Positions 22,686 through 34,498 of a stretch of DNA of 64,000 bases are shown piece after piece. The first letter of the stretch is position 1, and each line of letters opens with the position of its first letter. The position numbers were made by a program, and so were the translations under genes. The DNA is from Amoebidium appalachense (Eukaryota > Protista > Ichthyosporea). The stretch is from NCBI GenBank assembly GCA_963693365.1, contig CAVNZM010000016.1, positions 6,307,029 through 6,371,028 on the forward strand, written 5' to 3'. The notes beneath the pieces were generated by a model. It was not told where the DNA came from, made no database searches, and worked only from the letters and a program-made list of their open reading frames with translations.

Positions 22686-24203
22686 TTAATAAAAAAAGTA
22701 GAGATATAAAAGAATAGGAATATTGCATGGCATAGTTATTCCCCCCCCCCCCCCCCCCCCCCCTCCCTCCCCAAAACAACCCACCCACACAAACCTCGTG
22801 TGCTCCCCACCTCTCCTCTTGCCACGGTCCGTTCGAACCCATCACCGAGTTTTATTTCCACACAAACCATCAGCACTAGCTTGTACTGAGGCAGCGCGCA
22901 TACATGAAAGAAAAAAACATAGTGCTCAAGTCTAGTTGTTACAATGGCAGACTAGTTTTGCCGAGCAGATATGAACATTTATGTAGTACAGTTACATGAT
23001 GAGGCCCAGATATCTTAAATTCGCGTGTGAGAAGCCCACCAATTAAAGCACATTAATACCACAATTTTATGTACATCAAACGTGTGCACGTAATAAACGT
23101 TATCGCTTTGTGAGAGAATAACAGTGCAATATTATGCGATGATATGATTATAGCAATGTCCGTTGGCAAACTTTTGACAATGTATCAAAACGCATCCACG
23201 ACAGCAAACATGATCCTTTGATCAGACATACATGAAGTCTTTCAGAGCCCTCTTTCATATTGAACACTATCGCTATGTAGTACTGGTATATGTGGTCGGT
23301 CGAAAACTTCATTCCATAACGCAAAATGCAATGTTCTTTATATCCTTAAGCTAACACACACGCGCACGGACACACGCACGCACGCACATACATGTTCCTC
23401 CAACCTTCATAACTATTTGCAACATGCACCACACCGCAAGTTAGTTCAATGCTGCAAAAACTGCATGCACATTCACGCATCAATCCCACCTTCTTGTTCA
23501 AATCAGACCACTAATACCGCATACATCCTTAGACACATTACCACCAATCCCATTACCGTGTCATTCACCCAGAAGCCTCCCCGCCTACTATAACAAAAAT
23601 TTCTCATCTCGCAGGGCTGTGACATCCACACCCACACCACCATACCCGTGCCCAGTTTCACGTTGCGGACGAAGTGAGCGATGGTGGAGAGGGGGGCAAA
23701 GCGGAATCCATGTAGCACATGTTGCCGACATAGTCTATAGTTCTGCCCAGCCTCTGGGCATAGGGCACCCTGCTGGCGTCCAGCGATAGAACAAGGGTGT
23801 CCTTGCAGGCATTTTATGGTGCCCCCCCACTCCTTGATGCGCCGGGCTGAGTCCTGGGGGGGGGGAAGTGGGGGTATGCTTAGGACTCTCATTCTCCTTC
23901 TTCTTTCAAAAGTCTCATGCTCCTTTTTCTTGTAAAACTCCCACTCTCCTTATTTTCTGTAAAAAATCTTCTTTTTTTCTTTTAATATCACATTCCCCTT
24001 TTTTTCTTTTCAAAATCTCGCTCTCTCTCTCTCTTTTTTTTAAAAAAACTCTCATTCTCCTTTCTTCTTTCTTAGAACTCTCATTTTCCTTCTCTCCTCC
24101 TCCTTTCCCCTTTCCCTAATTGATTGGCAATGACCCCAGAGAGAGGATATTCCAGGAGGGGGAAAAGCACGGGGGAAGGGGGGGGGGGGGGGGGGGGGGG
24201 GGG

Positions 24204-24346
24204 TTGAATGTGGAACACGGTACGAGGTACATATACACGAGAAGAAGCACGGTGCAGGACACATGCAAAGGCAAACATTCAAGTATTCAACATCAGCAAT
24301 GTACACAATATGTGTCACAAGCAGAGCCGACCCTCAGGGGGGGCCC
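24204..24346 (-). mobile_element. 5'-truncated copy of the structured-RNA retro-insert family
   Basis: Close match to 56293-56436; poly(G) on both sides. Confidence 0.85.
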
Positions 24347-24837
24347 GGGTGGGGGGGGGGGGGGGGGGGTCTATAAGAAAAATGCAACATACTACTAGTA
24401 GAGGATCCCATGAAGGATGGTGAGGGATGGCATATGAAAGCCTATGGCTGTGCATGTGCATACGCGTGTGTACAGGGGGGTATGCATGTGTGTGTGTCTG
24501 TCTGTCTGTGTGTGTGTGACATCCGGACTGTTGTTGGGGGTGCATTGTTCTTGCATCACCCCAGAAAAAAAGATGTTCTATTCGAATGGAGTGCAGCAAT
24601 CACAAATACACAAGCGGGGGAGGGGAGAGGGGGGGGGGGGGGGGGAGGGGGGGGGGGGGGGGGGGGAGTTTGGATATAAAAGCAACATAGTCTTTGTCCT
24701 ATTCTCGCAGTATGAGAAGGAGGAAGGGGGAGAGGGAGGAGGACAGGGAGTCCGGGGAGAGATGTATATCATTGAGACCTATGAAGAAAAAAAAGGGGGG
24801 GGGGGGGGGGGGGGGGGGGCAGTGAGTTTTGATGGAC

Positions 24838-25123
24838 TCATACCTCCGTAAAGAGCCTTGAGCCCAGGGCCAGCAGTGCCCTTAGGATAGTGTCTCTGAG
24901 CACATCTGGGCGGCAGTACTTGTCGAACCAGGCCAATAGGCTGCTGCTGAACACCTCCGCATTGTCCAGGGACACACACACACTGAATGTCTCGTATAGC
25001 TTGTCTACGAGCTGGCAGAACTGTGTGAAGGTGTACGTGGACGTGTGGGTGTGGTGTGTTTACGGGTGGGTGGCTGGGTGTCCGGGTGTGTGTGTGTGTA
25101 CGAGAGGGTGGGTGGGTGGGGTT

Positions 25124-25169
<46 letters not shown>

Positions 25170-26609
25170 TGGGTGAGACGGGGGAAGATGGGGAGAGCGG
25201 GTCAGAATTCGGTGCACACAGCAAGCACAAGGTCACAACGGGTAAGGTATCCCCCCCCCCCCCCCCCCTCCCCCTCCCCCCCCCCCCCCCTCCCTCTCTC
25301 CCCCCCCCCCCCAAACAAACATGTGTGTCTGCAGGTGACCGTGGAGCAGGGGCCTGCGATTAGGACAAAAATATGGAAAAAGAATATGACGTCATTTTCT
25401 TGATCCTGCCAGAGAAATGGTCATAAAGGGTCAACCCCTTACTACCCAGAAGCCCTCCTCATCTATCCTCTTTCTTCGGTCTACATATACCACCACCTTG
25501 CTACAACACTAGCATGTAACAGAGCGAAACTGTGTGTGTGTGTGTGTGTGTATGTGTGCATGCATTGAGTGTGTGTGTGCATTTGTGCATGTGCATGTGC
25601 ATGTGGGTGCGTGCAAGGAAACGAAGGAAACGGTGAGAGGAAGAAAGATAAAGAGAACCCAGGAGAACAAGCAAGCCACACCACCCACCCACCCACACAC
25701 ATACAGCACACACCCTCACACAACCCATATCACCAAGCACCTACCACGTAGAACTTGATGTGATCTCTGTTGATGTAAGTCTGCTCTGTGTGTGGTGGTG
25801 CCTCCCCGTTACTCCGTGTCTTGAGCCCCTCAACATCAGGTGCTGTTCCCATCGTCTGAGAGAAAAAGAAGTGAGCGGAAGCATTGCTTCCTTACGCGAC
25901 AGAAAGGGGAAAACACAAAAAATTCTGTGAGGTTTCCTTTTTTGTTATTTCGTTTTCATCCTATAGTCCCCCCCCCCCCCCCCCCCCCCCACACACACAC
26001 ACCTGCCCCCGCCGCCGCGCCCGGACTTGGGAAAAATAAAAAACAGACTTCGTATCTGGTAGGGTAGCACATGCATACACTAAAAGCACAGCCGATGATA
26101 GATAATCCAGAAGAGATAGAACACGAGGTGCCCAAACATGACGGTGGCAGTGGAGGTAACTGCAGCGTATGGGTGGACACATGCTTGTATTTGCGCACTT
26201 GCACGTGCATGGGTGGACAAAAATATGTCCTTGCCCATTTTATGAGCATCCACGTTATGCGTTGCAGTGACTCTTTTGAACTGTAGGAGGAACCAGAAAC
26301 ACAGGGAGAGAGGCAAAACACACACACACAAAAGAAGAAAGTGAGGAAAAAAAGGGGGGGAGGGGGGGGGGGGGGGGGAGGGGGGGGCAAGTACCTGGTA
26401 GTGAGCCAGGACACATCTCAGCTGATGCACCTCCTTCCTCAGCCTGTCCACCTCCCCCATCAACCCTGTCTTCTCCCTCAGCAGATAGCCGATGTAGTCG
26501 ATGGCCTTGCCCAGCACCGTGGCCTTGCTGACCCTAGTGCCTCCCTCACGCCCACACTCGGGAACTATCGTCTGTGTACGTGTACATGTACGTGTGTACG
26601 TGTGTGTGT

Positions 26610-26644
<35 letters not shown>

Positions 26645-26938
26645 TGTGTGTGTGTGTGTGTGTGCGCGCGCGCGCACGCGCACGCGGGGGGGGGGAGGAA
26701 GGGGGGGGGGAGAAAGTGAATGAGAGTGCATGTGGTTGAGCAGGTGGGTTTGTGGGTTGGGGTGGGATTGGGTGGGGGGACAGAATGCAGTTCCCAGCAT
26801 GCGGTGCAAAGACTACAGGCAGGAAGACGAGAGCACATGTGGAGAGTGTGCACCACAAACGGAGCTCATCCTTGAGAAACAGAGGGAGAGGGAGAGGGAG
26901 AGGGAGAGGGAAAGGGAGAGGGAGAGAGGGAGAGAGAG

Positions 26939-26969
<31 letters not shown>

Positions 26970-28068
26970 AGGGAGGGAGGGAGAGTATCCGTGGGTGCCT
27001 AATCATGATGATGGCAGAGGGATATGACAATGTGTTAGCCTGCATTCGCATGTGCATCATATTGTGTGTGTGCTTAAATGCATCGTTGTGACACTGTACT
27101 GCAAGCCTCCTTCCTTCTTTAAATACTTAAATACTTAACTCTGTTTTTGAATTTTTTTCCACTATGTACTTCCTGTTTGTTTTTCACTTTTTAATAGAGG
27201 GTGAGGGTTCCCACCTGCAATTCCTCAAACCCTGAATTTATGTTTTGGCGTCTGCGCTGCTCAGCCCTGATGTGCAAAGCCCTTCGAGTGGACGGGGACA
27301 GGGTGCCACTGCACGTGAACTCGGGGGAGTCAACATCCATGCTCCCCTCCTCGTGGCTGCAAAGACGAGATATGTTAGGAACGAAACATGTTGGTGATGA
27401 GATATTAGTAGCAATAAATGTTAGCAACGTATGTAGTGAAACCATATGACAGTGATGGGATACAACATTGCAAGATAGGCGGAAAACAAATACCATAAGC
27501 GGTCTTACTAAATCAATATGGAAACAGCTATGTTTAAAGAAAACAGGTTCAAAAAAGACTATGTATGCTGTCAGACTGGCAAAATTTAGCCGCCGAGGGC
27601 TGAAATCGCTATGGCATATGACGTAAACCTAAGGGAAGTATCTCAGTATGACGTCATTTCAGATTGACATCTTCCCGGAAGTCTGTAATCTGACGGGGTA
27701 CGTAGTCCGTTTTGAATCAATAGTCGTTAAGGGCAAAATGAGATAAGCCAATATGTTCAGCCGCAGGACGTGCACAACTCATATAACTGCAAACACACAG
27801 GGTTCCGTGTGACAACACATCATTGACGCACAGTCATGGCATGCACAAAAAGACAGTCCCATACACAACAACAAAACGTTCACTGAACACACACTGACAC
27901 ATGCACACACCGTGATAAACATGACACTCCCAGCAAGAACTACCAATCCCCACCTTCTTGATCCCTCTGTAGTGCCAGGTGATGCCGTGGCAAGGGAAGG
28001 GATTTCGGGTGAGGGAGCCTTGGTCTTTGCCGTTTCAAACACCCGTGCTGCCAACATAGACGCTGTAA

Positions 28069-28103
<35 letters not shown>

Positions 28104-28245
28104 GTGAAGTAAGCTGATGCCATCGTCTCCTTGTGGTGTATGGGTTACAACAAACAAGAAAACCGAACACTAGTTCTCTCATTTTCCTACGCGTGTTTTT
28201 ACAGTGAGCAAGTTCTGGTAGGGCTATAAATGGAAAGTGTGTGCG

Positions 28246-28327
<82 letters not shown>

Positions 28328-29472
28328 TGCGCATGCATCAGTGCTTCTGTACCTGTGTAGAGGAATCGTGCATACAAGTGTCCGTGTCTGTGTAGTGGGA
28401 GTGTGCGTGCTAGAGAGAATGTGTAGAGTGGAGTGCACACACACGCACGTGTGTGCGCGCCAAAGAATTCGTGCGTGCGTGCACGTGTGTGTGTGGAGAG
28501 AAATTGAGACATCGCCTCCATAGCTAATCGAAGGAACCTGGACGGCAGGAATCAAGAAAGAAACAGGAGTGGGTTGGGTTGGTGGGAGAAAAACAAGATA
28601 TTAAAAGTAAAGAAACAACAAAACACATCACAATAGCGGCACAAACAAGTGCGCCAAAAAAGAGGCGGGAAAAAAAAAAAAAAAAAAAAAAAAAGAGGAG
28701 ATGAAGGAACGGAGATAGACAAAGTGGGAACCGAAAACCGGAATGAGAACAACCAAAAGTTCAAACGCAAAAAAAAATAAAAAAATAAAAGAACCCTTAC
28801 CTTCTGTGTGGAAGTTACCCATACTCACACTTGCAGGTCTGTCTGTCTGCATGGGTGATTGCGCGCATGTTGTTTCGACATTCGACTGAATCGAGCCTCT
28901 TCGCTCTGTGTTTTCTCTCCCGCTTGCTGGTGCAATCAGCCGTGGCTTCTGGTTCGACTGAATGGGTTCGCTCGTCTGCTTTCGTGCAGCCTTTGAGCTA
29001 GAACCTCGGCGCGCGTTACCAGCGTTCTGCAATCGGCGTTCTGAATCACGCTCACTCTTGGTTGAAACATTCGTTTGAGTAGAAAATGGTTGATGCCCGA
29101 CTGACATGTCTTGCTGCACGATTATGGGTACTTGGGGTGGGGCAAGCGACATGGGAACCGACAAAGGAAGAGTGAAAGGAAGGAATGGGTCAAAACCAGC
29201 CAATGCGGGAGCCGGTGCAAACGTCTGTGGAGGGATCGGCATGTGCCCATGCACCTGTGGCTGCCATTGAAAAGGTTGCTGTGGTGGTTGGACTAGGTGT
29301 CCATTTGCAAGAGGCATGTTCGGGTATTGTGCTGCCGCCTGCTGCATGGCCTGCAACATGAGATAGAACGACACGGGGTCTGCAAGGGCAGAGGGCATGC
29401 CCCCTTGATGCCCCGTAAGAGTTGCTGAAACACCGGAGCTGGCTGTGTTGGTGGCTGTGTTGGGAAGCCCTG
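24838..29472 (-). CDS. MLX/Mondo-family bHLH-leucine zipper transcription factor with C-terminal DCD domain; start codon not located
   Basis: Phase-consistent exons at 29472-28801, 28062-27954, 27356-27215, 26571-26395, 25855-25745 and 25020-24844 give RRALHIRAEQRRRQNINSGFEELQ|TIVPEC...VSKATVLGKAIDYIGYL...|...IKFYV|FCQLVDKLYETF...LLAWFDKYCRPDVLRDTILRAL. Ends either at TGA 24838 or by splicing to an exon starting at 23853 (DSARRIKEW...). Confidence 0.9.
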
Positions 29473-29602
29473 CTGGACATAGCTCAGTTAACGAGTTTAG
29501 AAAGATAGCGAGAGAGATTTGCAGTAGCACGAGGTGAGCAAAGATAACTGAGAAGAAACTGGACGCTTCTGCTATTGTAGGAGAGTATTGCCCCGGGGGG
29601 AG

Positions 29603-29639
<37 letters not shown>

Positions 29640-29663
29640 GGGGGGGGGGGGGGGGGGGGGGGG

Positions 29664-29910
29664 TTTGAATGCGTTAAAAAGTACGAAGTACACAAGAACA
29701 AACGGATAACACGATGCAGAATGCAAGCCATACATAAAGAGTATGCATAATAAGCAGAGCCCATCCTCAGGGGGGGCCCACGTCATCCACAGTACCCGAG
29801 TTTCGACCTATTCCCCTCGTTAACGAAACCCAACTCAGATACTGTTTCACTTGAACATGAGTAGGTCACCCGTCTTGATCAGAGACGAGCAGGGTTGCTT
29901 ATGCAGGCAA
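29664..29910 (-). mobile_element. Diverged subfamily copy of the structured-RNA retro-insert, with complete fold
   Basis: Same 3' end (...CATTCAAA-poly C) and same conserved core as 56405-56565, but different stem sequences. Confidence 0.85.
29750..29902 (-). ncRNA. Conserved structured RNA domain (candidate ribozyme or cis-element), copy 1
   Basis: Outer stem AUAAGCA/UGCUUAU, hairpin CUCGUCU..AGACGGG, long stem ACAGUAUCUGAGUU/AACUCGGGUACUGU, and UGACCU/AGGUCG pairing. G-U pairs occur only on the minus strand. Confidence 0.7.
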
Positions 29911-30464
29911 GGGCAGTGGGAAAGGCCGGGGGTTAAAGTTGCAGCAGTAAGCAGAAGCAAGAAAAATATAGATAGGAACTCAGGAGACGGGGCTTCTAGG
30001 AAGCTCCCCCGTCGATACCTAAGTCGATACTTCCCTGGCTAACATACTACACCAGCTGAAAAGAATTAAGTCCCGAAGGCCGCAGAATTCGTAATCAGAG
30101 GGGAAAATATGAGATTTGACCCACGCCGCAGGGTAGTAACACGCTTACTAGGGCGGAACTTTATCGTCTTCGAACGGAAAGCTATGCCCCCGGATGTCAG
30201 CCGGAAATATGGTATCACCCATTGCTTTGGGCTTGAAAAAAGCCAAACCGATAGTCCGAGTTATGTTACGCCGGCGGGTAACATGCCGCATGGGTTCCAA
30301 GGGAGCTGTCGCCAACAGAGCGGTGTGTGCATGCGTGCGCGTAACGCAATGTGTGAAGTGTGTCTATAGCTATGAAAGGGGGTATGCAGAAGTGGACAGA
30401 TGAAGTGTGTGGAGAGAAAAACAGTAAGAAGAAAAGTAGACACCGGTATGTGCAACCCCGCACA

Positions 30465-30505
<41 letters not shown>

Positions 30506-30566
30506 AATAAGCGAAGATTACAGGTAATCAACCAGAACAACAAATGACAAGCAAAACAACAGGCGC

Positions 30567-30602
<36 letters not shown>

Positions 30603-30607
30603 AGGAA

Positions 30608-30741
<134 letters not shown>

Positions 30742-31343
30742 AGAGGGAGAGAGAGAGAGAGAGAGAGAAGGTGGGGGGGGGGGGGGGGGGGGAGGGGGGG
30801 AGGGGGAGGGGGAGGGGGTCTTAGGGAACGCTGCAGAATCGTCAGATATTAGACAAATCGTACCAATACGATCATTCTCTCATATATGTGAGAAGATTGT
30901 GACTAACGATGTGCAGAGCTGGTTAAGACCTGTTGAGTGTGCAGAGAAAATGGGAGGGGAAGGAGGGAGGGAAAGGGGGGGGGGGGGGAGGGGGGGGGGG
31001 GGGGGGGGGGGGAAGTAAGAGAGGGGAGGGAATGTTAGAGTGTCAGTAGTCTCAGGGGACCCTGCAGAGTCGTTAGATGTCAGACAAAAACGCACCAACG
31101 ACCAAGTTCTCCGAGGGGAGAAATGCGTAAAACGTTCTGCAGAGTGGGTTAGAGACCTGCTGATGAGAAGAGTGTATACAGGGTTTGGCCAGGGGGGGGG
31201 GGGGGGGGGGGGAAGGGGGGGAAAAGAAGGTAGGAGGGGAAGGGGGGGGGGGGGGGAGGAGAAGGGGAAAAAAAAAAAAAAAAAAAAAGGGGGGGGGGGG
31301 GGGGGGGGGGGGGGGGGAGGGAAGGGAGGGGAGGGAGGGAGGG

Positions 31344-31380
<37 letters not shown>

Positions 31381-31784
31381 CTGTGGTGGACAGATCAGAG
31401 ACGAGACCTCCATTTCAAAACTTACCAGGCAACCCAAAAAAAAAAACCTAGCCGGCTGAGAAAGAAGAACGGCGGGGGAATTGTTTGGGAAAAGGAGCGG
31501 GGGAGAGAGAGAGAGGAGGGGGGGGGGGGGGGGGGGAGGGGAAGGGGGGGGAGAGGGGGAGAGAGGGGGAGAGGGAGAGAGAGAGAGAGGGAGGGAGAGA
31601 ACGAGAGAGAACGAAAGAGAGAGAGAGAGGGAGACAGAGAGAGAGAGAGGGAGGGAGAGAGAGGGAGAGGGAGAGAGAGAGGGAGAGAGAGAGGGAGGGG
31701 GGGGAGGGGGGGGGGGGGAGGTGTAGGGGCTGGTAGGGGGGGGGGGGAGGGGGGGGGGGGGGGGAACCGGGATAGAGTGGGGGA

Positions 31785-34198
31785 CTAGGGAGTGTTGATC
31801 TTTTTAGTGATGATGGAGAGTATGTGAGAGGAGTGAACGCCACGGTATATGTGCGGGTGTGTGGCGAGAAAGCTGTGCATTTTGTGGTGCAAGAGTCTAA
31901 ACGAGTAGCCTTTGTTAAGCAATGTTTTAGCAAGTCGTGCAGTGCATGTGGTGAATGCAGCAAGTGTGGAGCATTTGCGCTGGTAGCTATGCATTTGACT
32001 TGTCATGATGCCGTATTTTGCAGTGCGGGAGATGAATGAGTCGTGATGTGGGAAACGAACGATGTCTAGTGTATTGAACGTGGGTGTGTCGAGCTTGTTG
32101 TAGATGGTTGTGTGAATGCCGTGATTAGTGCAGGTGATATGCATGTCGAGGTAGGGGACAGAGGGGGAGGAACCGGCAGGGTTGAGTTGAAGGCTGGTCT
32201 TGGGATATAGACCGAAATCACAATCTTCTAAATAGAGGTGGGAGAGAATGCGAGGATTATGAAGGGAGATCAAGTCATCTATGTAGCGGCGAGTAAACTG
32301 AAAATCTACCAAGACATCAATGCGTTCGTGTGCAATAAGCTTGCGAACAAAATCCAACTCATAAGTAAAGAGATAGAAATTAGCCAAGAAAACAGCACAG
32401 TTTGTACCCATGGGGATACCAATGTCCTGTTTGTAGAGGGTATCGCCAAACACAACATATATGTTATCTACAAGGAAACATAGAAAATCCACAAGCTGTG
32501 CCTTAGAGAGATGTAGAGAGTGTTCTTTAGGCTCAAAGGAATCATCCTGGGAATCATCATCTACACGATCCACCCAGGACAACGTGGAGCCGGTTTTCTT
32601 AATAAACATGTGTGGTTTGCGAGCGTCCGTGCATTTTTTGACAAATATTGCGTCAATCAGTGTAGTGAGGCGAGCTTTCAAATCATGCAAGTCAATCTTG
32701 GTGTAGAGTGTGGAAAAATCAAACACAGACACGGGCGTATTTTCGTGTTGGCGTGTGGTACGGTTAAGGGCGTTGATTGTGTGTGTGAGTGCGGTGCTAT
32801 CCGTGAGAATCCAAGAGCTAGTGTTGTGTGGCAGGTGGGGTTTGACAACATCACACCACATACGTTCGACATCAGGGGAGACGAACTTAAACACACTAGT
32901 GAGAAGGCGGGAGAGAGGTTCAAGTGATGTGGCAGAGGAGTTGGCAATGAAACGGAAGGTGGGTGGTGTTTTGTGCATTTTAACTATGGCCTGAAATGTG
33001 GGCAAGCGTGCAGTGCGACGTCCTGGTGTGCCTTTTATGTCATGTGTTTTGAGAAATGCAAGGTGTTGTGCAACAATGTCTTTTGGTGCAGTGTTGCAGA
33101 CGGTGTATGTTGCGGCAGGTGCATGCAGTTCGGCTGTAATGCTGCTAACGTAGTGTTTTTTGCAGACGATCACGAACGTGTTGCTAGCTTTATCCATTGT
33201 GGTGACTACGAAACGTTTTTGGAAGCGACGCAGTAGAAGCACAGAAGCTTGTGGTACGGTGTGTGTGTTGGGTGCGTGTTGTGCATATGGCAGGAAGGGG
33301 CGACACTTAGTAAAGACGGCGGCTGCCCACGGATTCAAAGAGGGATAAGCTGCCATACCAAGATCGTACATCTTGTTACAGAAACTTTGCAACGCCTGTG
33401 TCAATAAATTGCTACAGGTGGTGTCCTCCGTCTGCTCGACCTGCATTCGGAACTTGGTTCCAAAATGCATGAGCGATGCAAAGTCTGCGGGCAGGCCGGG
33501 AATGTCTAAGCGCGATGTAAGCACGTGTCCGTGTTGTGGGTGTACGTATGGCGCATAGTGCGGGTCGTTGCAAGGGCAGGGTTGTGCATGGATGTTTGCA
33601 ATGGTGTCCTGCGGGAGTCGTGCGGTGTGTTTGCAGTTGATAGTGGTGTAGCCCAGGGTAGACACATATTTCCACACAGCAGAGATACGGAATTTACGCA
33701 TTTCAAGCGGCAGGAGAGCATGTATTTCTTTGTCTTTGATGATGCGTTGCAAAGGGATTCTATCGAGCCCGGAGTTATGAAACACAGACACCAACATCAC
33801 ATGGGGTTGCGACATGTCAACACGTTCAAGTTCAAAACGACTACGTAATTCACGTTTGAGGCACGCAGCAATCTGTGAAAGGCGAGGTTGAGCAATGCCG
33901 GTGGGGAAAGCAAGGAGGTGCTCCTTCATCCTAACGATGTTGGAGGTGTTAAAGCGGTGTAGATATGCAGAGGAAAAGATACCACGAGACATAAGACTAT
34001 CGATGTGCAGTAGGCGGCGTGTGAAGCAGCGCGAAAGAAACATGCGTGAGGGGTGTATAGGAGGCAGGTTGAGTGCAGGTGCAGGTGCAGGTGCAGGAGA
34101 GGGTGGAGGGGGTGTAGGAGGGGGTGTGTTGTGGAGAGCAAGCCGTGCACGCATATACAGCATGGGGTTGTGCACACGTGTAAAACGATTGCGCGATT
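31785..34198 (-). mobile_element. Penelope-like retroelement (Naiad/Chlamys-type) RT ORF, 5'-truncated, no endonuclease in this copy
   Basis: Intron-less ~800-aa open frame with KMHK..FRFIA, FDFSTLYTKI, QDIGIPMGTNCAVFLANFYL, RYIDD, YLDM, TTIYNK and FPH...GY motifs. The N-terminal linker has FHNSGLDRI and CPC...GHVLT. Bounded by poly(C) tracts. Confidence 0.9.
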
Positions 34199-34453
34199 GG
34201 GGGGGGGGGGGGGGGGGGCATGCCTTCGGGTATGTAAATAACATATTACAGGTTTGAGAATTGTACATTAACACACGGTCTCGGCAACGTCACACTTGAC
34301 ACACAAAACGACGCGCTTGACACAGAAAACGACACAATGATAACAAGATTTTGATGCAACGTTATTTTAGACAGGGGGGCACACATACTTGATGCAGCTG
34401 GGGCAAGAGAGAGGGAGGAGAGCAAAAAAGAGGGAAATCGATTTTATGTATGC

Positions 34454-34498
<45 letters not shown>

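Noticed and set aside
31392-31404. 13-nt match (CTCGTCTCTGATC, minus strand) to the 29.8-kb RNA domain, downstream of the PLE
   Set aside because: The match does not extend and is plausible by chance in a window this size.
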